Assembly (NCBI RefSeq): GCF_036321535.1
Contig: NC_087472.1
Location: 100,938,001 to 101,002,000 of the forward strand
DNA length: 64,000 nt
Origin: Camelus dromedarius
Lineage: Eukaryota
Direction of reading: 5' to 3'
Shown here: in pieces, positions 53,701 to 64,000 of the stretch
Numbering within the stretch: position 1 is the stretch's first letter
Layout of the letters: each line of letters begins with the position of its first letter
Made by a program: the position numbers and the translations under genes
Notes under the pieces: model-generated
Databases searched by the model: none
What the model was told of the DNA's origin: nothing
The model's input: the letters and a program-made list of their open reading frames with translations, nothing else

Positions 53701-56700
53701 CCCACCTTATGCAAAAATGTACTTGAAGTTTCCCAGCACACTTTAAAGCCATCTGCTCCTCCCAACTCCTCCAGGGGAGTTGAAGCTAAGAGGGGAAATG
53801 GCAGAAAACGGCACAGTAGGAAGACCATGCCATTTTTAAAGAGGATTTGTGAGCATACTGTCTCTGCCTCTCAGCCTTCTCAGTTGTGATATGAAGGGGT
53901 GGGAATAATACTTCTAATTAAAAAATTCTCCAATGTATGGAAATAAGGTTCTTCAATTTCAGTAATGAAAGGGGGCAAAGTTAAACGTTTTATGGACTTA
54001 TTTTGGTGGTCATTTTGCAACATAAGCAAATATCAAATCATTACTTTGTACACCTGAAACTAATATAACGTTATGCCAATTATACCTTAACTTAAAAAAA
54101 TTAAAATTTAAATTAAATGTATATATATATACACCAGACCTTTCCACTTACATGTTTAAAACGCTCCAGTATGTAAATCAACTATACTTCAAAGTAAATA
54201 AATAAATATAATAAATTAATAAATAAAATCCTCCAATGACTTCCCATTATTAAAAAAAAAAAGTTCCAGAGCGGGAATTCTTACCCTGAGATCCATGAAT
54301 TTATTTCTGGGGGAGGCCTATGGCTCCCTTAAATTAAATGTGGAATGTGGATTGGTTGTGTGCACCCGTCTGCCTTTCTTAGGAAACCGTCCACATTTTT
54401 CATCAGATTTTCAAGGAAGTCATGCCTCCCAACAGTTACAATCTTTGTCTGGGAGACTAAAAACCTCCTGTCCCACGGAACCGATCACACAGTCTCCACC
54501 AGTTCCTTATGGCACCCAAGCAGCCGCAGCTGTGGCCTCCCATGATCATCTGCAATTTTTATTAGGAATGGGTCTCTGACTCAGCTTTTCCAGCCTGCCA
54601 TGTGTGGTCACCACTTCTGCTTTCATCCTTGACTTGACTTCACTCAGCCTATCCCTCCCGCTTCGTGGGCCAATTCCCCTGCATTCCAAACCTAATCACC
54701 TGCTCTCTCCCTACCTCTATCTCCGGGTGTCAGCTGAAAAATGTGTCCGCCCAGATACCAAGTCCCCAGATCTCCAAATCTCCCCTTTATCAGACATCAG
54801 AGAGGGTTATGGTGGGGCGAGGGTCTGACCCCTGAACTGTTAGGCATTTTCCCCCACCCCACCTTGGGAATTTAGCTGGATACAGGTGGAAGATAAAGGG
54901 TGGGGCCTTGGGAGGCTGGGCACAAAGGAGAGCAAACAGGTTTAGAACTGGACCAGGTTTCTGTTTAGAACAATGTGGGTAATGTAGAGCCAGAGGGACA
55001 AATCTAGTCAGAGTCACTGGAGATGCCACTGGAAAAACCAAATACAGACATTTGTTCCAAAGGTCAGAAATAGGATCTAGATTGTCTTACAAAGCTAAGA
55101 GTCATGAGTCAGAGGGAGACCAAACTCAGATGAAAAGCAAATCAGAAGCAAGTGAGAAGGATCCAGGACTATCGCCAAGATTGATCTAAGACATTCATTT
55201 CTATAACGGCAGTAGAGTGGTTAAGAGCATAGTTCAAATTCTGACTCAGCCACTTCCCAGCTGACCTTGGACAAATCGCTTAAGTACTTCATGCCTCAGT
55301 TTAATCATCTAAATGAAGTGAAGCGGTGAGTTCAGTAACTCATTTAGCTTCTCTGAAGTTCCTCTTTAGTGAAATTTCTAGAAACACTTGAGTTGAATGC
55401 GTTGGTTAAGTCCTTTTTAGGCATATACATGATATAAAAATGCATATACCTCTGTCCATTCATGCATGAAATCTTCAAGGATTCAGTGAGGGATCAGTTT
55501 AAGTAACAATACATTTGGCATGATGGCTTTCTCACCTAATTACTGTTAATTGCTATTTAAGAAGATTTTTATTGCTTCCAAAGAAATAAAAAATTTTAAT
55601 AAAAGAGAGACAAACTCCTTCACTTGGTACTTATGATTTAAATCCTTCCCGATCTCTTCCCAGTCATCAGTCCTATAAGATTCCTTCCCTCTCAGGTTCT
55701 TGAACCTACATTGGTTCTTTGCTCCTTTCTTCAATGATATGCAGGTCTTCACTATCCTGGAAAAGCCTTTCACTGCCTCCTTTAGTTGTCACCCCTTTTA
55801 CTTCTCTACTTCTTGAACACATGGTCAATATTTCCTGCTTTTCTGCTGAAAATATGATGCGGAAAGAATGAAAATACAGAGACAAAGCAGGAGTGACATG
55901 TGGAGGCCAGGAGTTTTGCAAAATCTGATCTAACTCAATAAATATTAACTGCACTAGTCATTGTGTTAGGCCGCCAGGATACAAAGTGAATTAAACATGG
56001 CAGGTTCAGGAATGGGCTCAAGGTCACAGAGAGTAATTGATGGAGCCCAGATTCAAACTTAGGTGTGTGACTCCAGAAGCTTCTTTGGATGGATTAATTT
56101 GATGGCCAATGGAGAGGCAAGAAATGTGTCATGGGGCTTCAGAGGGAGACACACTTAATTACTAGTGCCATATCAAGACAGGCAAGAAATGAGAGAACTG
56201 GCAAAATGATAGCTTCCTGAGAGAATTAAAGATTGGCCAAGAATCTAGGTCCTCCTGGGCATCTGTGAGCTGAGAGAAAGCTAGAGATCCTTAGAAGCTC
56301 TTCTGGATTTCGTTCTGTCCTGCCCAAAGGATGCTAGGTGGGCAAGCAATTGACAAAGCTCATGGAAACCTGGCTCTCCTCTTGTGTTGGTCAGCGTAGC
56401 CTTAGAGGTCATACTCTCTCCACCATCTGCTTCTCCCTATCTCTCCCTGGTTCCTCGTATCTTCTTATTATTCTCCAAGAAAACGCTTTAGTGCACCATT
56501 TTCTCTCTTAATCATTCATCTCAAAAAGTACATACAATCCTGTGGCTTCTAAAACTGCACTCAAATCTGAATCAGCAGCTGTGACTTGCCTCCCAAGCCC
56601 CCAGTCTCAAATCTCTGGCTTAATGGATTGGCCACTTAGATGTTACTTTGGGCTCAAAATTTATACTAGTGAAATAATCTTTCCCAAAGCTGCCTGCCTC

Positions 56701-58353
56701 TCCCAACACCATTTACTGTTCTTAAAGACATCATTATTCTGTCAATCCTCGGAGCCCTCTTCAATTTTGTTAGTCTTCCGGATGCACCGGTTGCGAGTTC
56801 TATCAATGATTTCCCAGTTTCTTTTCCTTTCTTTCCTATTTTCACTCCTGCAGCCATGGTCATTGTTCAGGCCACTGCCTCCACAATGACTTTGACCTCT
56901 GAACAGTTTTTCCTGCCTCTGGCTGTCTCTCCCCTTCAGTCCACCCTGTGTGGATCTGCCTAAATCACAGCTTGGATCTTGTTACTGCTTGGCTAAGAAA
57001 AGCTATGACTGCCCACGCTCTGCAAAGAAAGATCTAGGCTCCTCAAGGGACTTTGAAGGACTTCTGTAAGCTGCTCTTTACCTATTTAAAAATAGAAGCA
57101 TGAGCAGAATGATCCACAGGAGGAGAAGCTTTGGACTTAATAGAGTCCTGCTCCAACCAGCTTGCCATCCTGGGCCAAAACTTTGGGCTTGCCCAACACT
57201 CTGCTGGCCATTCAGGATGCCCCACACTGACCACTGTGCATTGAGACATTCCATTTTCACTCTTTGGAGTACTAACCCTCTTCCCACCTACCATATGGAT
57301 CCCAGGCAGCATCAAGTCCTCATCCCATACTCACTCGTCCACAAGGCTTTCCCAGAATCTTCCTAGCGCTCCTTCCCTCTTCTGACTGTCTCTAAAGCAC
57401 TCATTTGGGCATGAAACTTCTACTGTCATTACTAGATTTCTTTCACTGGCATGTTGAATTGTCAGTTTTCTCTTTATCTTTGTATGGTCAGCACCAAGCA
57501 AGCACTAAAGTGTAGTATAAAGTTATACTGCATGATTCTCTGCATGATAGATAACACTGTTACATTTTTTAATATTTCAAACATATAGAAGAGTATAGAC
57601 ACCGATATAACAATCATGCTACCAACACCCAGATTTAACAGATGCTAATATTTAACAAAATTTGCTTCAGAAATCTTCAAAAAGAAAATTAAAACATTAC
57701 AGAGAACAATTAAAGCTTGCCTCCTCCTCCATCCCATATGTATACTTGCTCCTTTCCTTTCTCTCCAGAGGTCACCAGTGTCCTCATTCCCATGAATGTT
57801 TGTACTTTTAATGATATGTGTATATTTCCATAAAGAATAATATCTATACTGGTGTGCTGTAAAATTTTATACAAATATCATATTGTATCTATTATTTCTG
57901 ATGTGACTCTTTTTTTTCACCTAAAGTTATGTTTTTGAGATTTATTCATTGTGCCTTTGCAGCAGTTGAATCAATCAGTCCCTATGAGAAAGAGATGGTG
58001 AAACCAAAAGATTTAACTGAAGGGATTCTATCTAGAGGTGTGGGGGGAGTTCCTTTGCTGCCAGAGAGTGACCTTTATTACAAAGCGAGGTGACAAATTA
58101 ATGCCCCAAAAGGCATTATGATGGTGAAATATGTTACCTCCTAAGAGCATTTGTGTTTTAGTCTCTAGTTCAAATGCCTGGGGCTCTAACAATGGATTTT
58201 ATGACGCAATATCAGAGAACCTTTCTGACACAACACGTAGAAATGTGACTTCTTGCTCCCTTTCCAGAGGAAAGTCCTGTCTTCTTTTTCACCTCTTCCT
58301 CCACAAACTTATTTTATTTTTCCTTATCCGGAAGAGCTCCTAATCTTCTGAAC

Positions 58354-59094
58354 TTGGAGATGGAGATTTTAAATAGGTCCATGTCTAAAGGAAGATTGTT
58401 CCATCCTGCCTGTTTCCCCAGCTTCTTCCTAGTTGTAGGAAAAACAGTCGCTTTAGTGTTGTGCCACAGTGCCATCTGCTGCCCGAAAGTGCGAGGCACC
58501 GCAAATTTCTTTAGCTTGTATTTTACAAGAGCTGTTTTTTTCTTAAAGGGGACGAAGATTATTTTGGTTTGCTTTGCATTTTGTAACACTGAGCAACATC
58601 TGCACTTCTACATAACCGAAAACATTCCCAAAGCTTTTGATCAGCTAAGAAGACACTGCCCAAGGAGTGGATTCTGTCTCAGGGGGTCTGAGTCTGATTT
58701 TTAACAAGCTCTCCCAAGATCTCAGCACCCGTGGTCCCAGAGCCACATTTGAGTAGTGAAGGGGGTAGAACAGAGTAGCACAAGCGCCTGGGCAGTGGAC
58801 TTTTACAGGTAAACCTCCTTTGGAGATGCATTTTTAAAATAGGTTCGTATTCAGCCCAAGATTGCTGTTTGATTTTGCGTTTCCCTGGCTTCCTCCTAGC
58901 TACACAGAAAACAGTTCCTTATAGTTGTCCCACAGTGCCATCTATTGTCTGAGAGTGGCAGGCGCCTGAAAGTTATTTTACTGCGTACCGTATTTTATCA
59001 GAGGAGTTCCAAGATTACCTGTTTCTTTGGTGTGTTTTGCTTTGTAACACTAATAAACTTCTACAGTTTTATATAACTAAAACTTTCAAAGAGC
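58354..59094 (+). repeat. Diverged direct duplication (~280-bp units at 58354-58634 and 58820-59094), each with a CTCF-like motif
   Basis: Colinear anchors ttggagatg, aaataggt, aagattg, cctag, aaaacagt, ccacagtgccatct, tttgtaacact; offset 466 bp at the first anchor and at the motif. Confidence 0.85.
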
Positions 59095-59224
59095 CTAAAA
59101 GTTCTTTAGGAGCATTTAAATAAAGGTTTTTGAATTTCTTTGAGCTCTTGAATAAACTTAAATTTTTATTTTTATTATGTCTTCATTTGATGGTGCCAGA
59201 AATGAGGTTTTCATTCAATTAGGC

Positions 59225-59762
59225 TGTTGGGGAAGGAAAAATAATTTTCCCTCTACCCTTCTAAGTCCTTGGCTGAGACCTTCCTGTAATACAAGACAGA
59301 TTAACAGAAGAAAAACAAACAGAAGTTTAATAATATATATTCCCCTGTATACATGGGAGAGACCCAGAAAAAATGGGTAACACTTGGAAATGGATCAAGC
59401 CATCACCTTACATATCATCTCCAGCTAAAGACAAAAGAAGATGAGGAGTGGGGGAGGTTATGGGTGGTTACCAGGCAAAGAACAGTAAACAAAGGTAAGG
59501 ATATTATGCAGATTTAACTCCCAGCCTTCTTCATTGGTAAGAGTTTCTAGAAATTGAGAGTCATCATCTTCCTAGTACAGAGAGGGAGATACCCTTACAA
59601 ATGGAGATTTCAGTTATAAATGTAAATGTCTTTTATGAGAAGGTAACTTCTACTTGACTTTCAGAGCTTTTCCTACGTCTGCTGTTTCTCAAAAACAGCA
59701 AGCTCAAAATAATTCTTAAGCCATGGGGCATATTTGGGGGTAAAATATTCTGCTCCCCTTCA
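59225..59762 (-). mobile_element. ERV1-class solo LTR (MER4/MER41-like group)
   Basis: TG...CA termini with 4-bp TSD aggc at 59221-59224 and 59763-59766; catatttgggggtaaaatattctg end motif. Confidence 0.8.
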
Positions 59763-60464
59763 AGGCTTTCACTCCATCAGTATCTTTGCAGCATCTATCA
59801 GGGGCTAAGTTCTGCGCCTGGACCTTTGCAGGGATTCATATGTAATGAGAGCTCCCCAGGGATAGGGCTGGAGCAGTACAAAATCTGGGTTGGGTGCGAG
59901 GGAGCTGCTGGAGCTTCCTCTTGGGAGAGAGAAAGCTCAGAGGGGCTTCTTGGTGCTGCTTGGGGAAAGACACCCGACAGGGGACATCTCTCACCTTCCC
60001 AGGTCTGGAAAGTAATCTGCTCTAGTAGGCACATTTACAGGCCACACCTAGCATCAGAGCACCAACCAGAAAGACACTCTCACAGATGAATCAGCTGTGG
60101 ATTTGAGCCAGGGTTCTCCAGTCTGCAAAACCCCCAGTGAATTCTGGGCAGAAGCAATGAAAGTGGCTCTCTGTCCACTTGGAGTAACCCTTTGTCACAA
60201 GGGCACAAATTTGGGATTGCTTTTGTGCCAAACTCCTACAGAGTTTATAATGAAAACATTTTCTTTCTTTTTAAAAAATCGTCCTCCTTTACCTATAGGG
60301 CTTAGGCCTGGTTCTAAGGAAGCAAGGCCATAAGATAAATTTGAGTAATCAATTTCCTTCTGTAGGTTACTCCTCACATAGCCAAGGCTCTGTCACTGCA
60401 CCAAGTTTGATCCTCTGTTCCTGTCGGGTGAGTTTGTTCCTAGGAGGCTCCTTAAGCTGTGCCT

Positions 60465-60516
60465 GGGTTTGTACCCTTTCAGTTGCAAGAGTCAGAAACC
60501 CAAGTCAACTGGCTTA

Positions 60517-60553
<37 letters not shown>

Positions 60554-60910
60554 TATTGGCTTGTGATACTGGGAAATCTGGAGGTGAACTTCAAGCATGG
60601 AAGGATCCAGGGGCCCACAAGCTGTTAACAGGGTTTTGTCTATTTTTAACCCTTAGCTCTGCTTTTTACTTTGTTTGGCTTCATTCTCTCTCAGTTTACA
60701 AGGGGTTCCTCCATATGAGTGGGAACATGACCAGCAAAATCTTCAAGCTTATAGCATCACAGCTTGAAATCCAAGGAAAATGTAAGGGTGGGTCTCATTC
60801 CCAGCACACATATATGTGATTCTCAGAGGTGCACTCTGACAAGCCTCATTTGAGTCATATGCCTATCCCTTGAACAAATTAGTGGCCAAGGGGATGGGAT
60901 AGTGAAGTCA
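60465..60910 (-). mobile_element. Old MLT1J/K-like MaLR LTR fragment containing a long A tract
   Basis: cagttgcaagagtcagaaacccaagtcaactggcttaagcaaaa...gagtcatatgcctatcccttgaac. Confidence 0.7.
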
Positions 60911-60915
60911 GATGC

Positions 60916-61445
60916 TGTTGTAGCCTACCTCTAAGATGACCCCCAATGATCCCCACCTCTTGGTATTAATGCTCTTGTGTATGGTCCCCTAACATTTTAT
61001 CAGGCTGCTTTGTGTGATCAATAGAAAAAGGCAGATGTGATGGTGTGTGACTTCTGACATCAGGTTATAAAAGGCACTGCAGCTTCCTTTTGGCCTTTCT
61101 CTTGGACCATTCCCTCTGAGGAAAGCCAGCTGCATGTCCTGAAGAGAGGCCCATGTGGGAGGAACTAAGGTCTCTGGTCAATAGCCAGAAAGGAACTGAG
61201 GCCTCTGCTAACAGCCGCATGAGTGAGCTTAGAAGCAGATCTTCCAGTCCTAGTCTAACGTTCAGATGACTTTTGTCCCAGTCTACATCTGGACTGCTAC
61301 CTCATGAGACACCCTGAGCCAGAGCCACCTAGGTAAGCCACTTCCAAATTCTTGATCCATAGATATTGTAAGATAATAAACGTTCACTGTTGTGAGCTAC
61401 TAAGTTCTCAAGGAATTTGTTATGCAGCAGTAGATGACTAGCACA
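60916..61445 (+). mobile_element. MLT1F-like MaLR LTR
   Basis: cctctaagatgacccccaatgatccccacctc...agaagcagatcttccag...tttgttatgcagcagtagatgactagcaca. Confidence 0.85.
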
Positions 61446-61965
61446 TATGCCAACTTTTGTGATCAGGGAAATCAAATAATATAATTGAAAGCCTCACAAG
61501 AACCAGAACCAAACCAAACGGGACAAGCAGACGTTTCCCAAAGGAAAGCTGGGGAGCCAATACCAGAAAAATGGAGATCTTGCTGATCCTTGAAAGGATG
61601 CTGAGCTGGCCACAATAACAGTTCTCCACACCACTCCTCATACGGGTAGGAGTTCAGCCACCTGTCAGACCTTCAAACCTGCCCAGGTTGGCCTGAAGCT
61701 CAATGATGGCCTTGACTCCAGTTACTACTACCGCTACTACTACTACTAGAAGATTAATTATCAAATGTCCTAAAATATTCCTGGTCCTAATTTTCCCTGT
61801 TACCAAGAGATGGGTCTTGGCTGCTGGCTGTGTAACCGTGGATAAGTTACCTAAGACTCAGCTCTCTCATCTGTAAAATGGGGTAACAGTTGTATCCACC
61901 TCTTGGGGTGATGCTGAGGATTAAATAAGCATATATGCTTAGCCCAGCACTTCCTATGTGATGAA

Positions 61966-62334
61966 TCTCAAATATATGTTGCCTGTAGATGATCTGGATT
62001 GGCCCTAAATGCAATACACAAGGGTCCTTATGAGAAGCAGACAGAGGGAGATTACACACAAAGAAGAGGAGAAGATGACATGACCACAAAGGTAGAGGTT
62101 GGAGTGATGCTGCCACAAGCCAAGGAATGCCGGCAGCCACCAGAATGAGGAAGAGGCAAGAAAGTCTCCTGTAGAGCTTCTGGAGGGAGCATGGCCCTGT
62201 TGACACCTTGATTTCAGCCCAGTGAAACTGATTTCAAACTTTTGGCCTTCAGAACTGTAAGAGAATAAATGCTTTTTGTCTTAAGCCACCAAGTTTGTGG
62301 TTATTTGTTACAACAGCCATAGGAAACTGATACA
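61966..62334 (+). mobile_element. MLT1B/C/D-like MaLR LTR next to a MIR (61820-61965)
   Basis: ggccctaaatgcaat...gccacaagccaaggaatgccggcagccaccagaa...aagccaccaagtttgtgg...ggaaactgataca. Confidence 0.85.
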
Positions 62335-64000
62335 GTATTATTGTCTAAAAAGCCACCTGCAGCTGTCCAGTCCATGGCAGGAAATATAAAAGAAGATGTA
62401 GGAATGGGAGTGGTTTAGTAATTAGACTTCTTCATTGTTCTTGAACTTTTCTATGAAATATGAAGAAGTATCCTATATTACAGAAATGTAGATAATCACT
62501 TTTACCTTGCAAGCTAGAGCTAAAAAGAAGTGGCAGAAAATTTGACCTGAAAGTTCTAAAAATGGAAAAAGAGATTCAAAATGGTACTTACACTTCTTTA
62601 CTACCAATTCCATAAACTTCTGTGACATATATTCTCCTTAAAAAAATCTTTAAATTGTATTAACACGCTAGTTTTGGATCTCTTCTGACAATCTTCTTTA
62701 GAATGCTTCTTTATCAACTTGTTGCTATCACCTTCAAATTTTGGCAGACTAAGAATATTGCTAGTAAAATCTGTCAATGGAGCAAAGACTTATTTAAGCC
62801 ATTTATTCAAAACCTGTTTGCAGACTTCTATTTCAGGAATGTAATTAAAATCGACTACAGCAGCTTGAATTCTCACTGGATGTAATCTCTGCTGGCCAAT
62901 CTCTTTTGTGGATTCCATTTAAATGTTATATTAATTACACACTGCATCTAATTAAAACTCCTACTTTGTGGTCCTTCTCTTTATGCCTTGATATTCCTAA
63001 GGTGACCATGGTAGTCATTGTTTCATATGTGCATCAGGCTTGTGTTTCCCTGAGTACTTGCAGGCAGTTCCATGGTGTAGAAAATTGGAATTTGTGCCTT
63101 AAAATTCATCATGTCTGGGGAACTATTTCCAGCAAATGTTGCCCCCACACATGGGCAATCTGTAGCTCTAATATCTTGGTTCTCACCAAGCCACCTTCAA
63201 AACTACCCTATCCTGGGTGCTAGGGCAAAGTATGTTAGAACTGCAGGGCACAGATGCCTGGGTGTTACACAGACAAACACCCAGATGGTACAGCCATAGA
63301 GACAAGAGCTCCTGCTGCTCACTGATTTAATTGTCGTGTGTGGATACCAAAAATAGAAGCAGATTCTACCTCTCTTTTCCTGGCTTCCCACTAACGACAT
63401 AATGATGGAGCAAATGTCAAAGCTTCTAGAGCTTAAAAATCCTGATTTCACAGTAATTGAGCACCTTTAAAATTGTCATGACCATGTAACCCAATGACAA
63501 AGGAGGTGGCTGTGAGATGCATAAACCCAACAGAACAGCAGCAGGTGAAAGAGAGAGGACTGGCGCATATGCCCAATACGTAGACACCATCCATGGTAGG
63601 TGGCTGGGCCAGGGCTCACGTGCACGAGGGACTCTGAATGTAAGATCTTTTTAAACATCAAATTGTACACTATGATTTTTAATGTCTGGATCATCTGGAT
63701 CTTGGCAGTCTTATCTCATGAATGCTGAAGCTTTATCATGACTTTTCGTCTGTGGCCAAATGTATGCTATTTATTTCCTGCAGCTGACTCTGCTTTGGGC
63801 TCGTGTTCAGTTTGTTCCAAACTGAAAATAAAATTACATTTAAAGATAACTGCTCAAGGTCAGAGACTTGGTGGGTAGTAGGGAAAAGGGAGGTCCCTGA
63901 AGCCAACCAGATCCTTCCTTAATGCCACACCATCTGCTTAAGAGGTGAGACATAGATTTATTCATGTAATCAATTACTCACTGGAAAATTCAGAGGCAAT

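Overview
Mammalian non-coding DNA, probably camelid (three tRNA-derived Vic-1-like SINEs; no Alu, Bov-A/BovB, PRE-1 or SINEC seen). A CpG island (~36.78-38.36 kb) holds the promoter and first exon of an unidentified minus-strand gene. Its intronic sequence fills 1-37.3 kb and contains only two small candidate exons. The 38.5-64 kb region is upstream sequence rich in MaLR/ERVL LTRs, MIR, L2 and hAT MITEs. The only recognisable cellular-gene sequence is a full-length but disabled GAPDH processed pseudogene (4742-6037). Main observations: (1) a MER53 palindromic MITE whose centre has been replaced by a ~190-bp copy of DNA lying ~810 bp downstream; (2) a TSD-flanked, poly(A)-tailed retrocopy of the 3' hairpin of an H/ACA RNA whose pocket matches the U1 snRNA 5' end (U109/SCARNA18); (3) an old ~280-bp direct duplication carrying two co-oriented CTCF-like motifs; (4) a hairpin-creating compound mutation in the GAPDH retrocopy; (5) several L1 insertion by-products (5' inversion, 3' transduction, solo poly(A) inserts); (6) a (CGG)5(CAG)7 repeat in a candidate upstream exon. 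No intact protein-coding gene or novel multi-gene system is supported. Repeat family names are from recognition, not from a database search.
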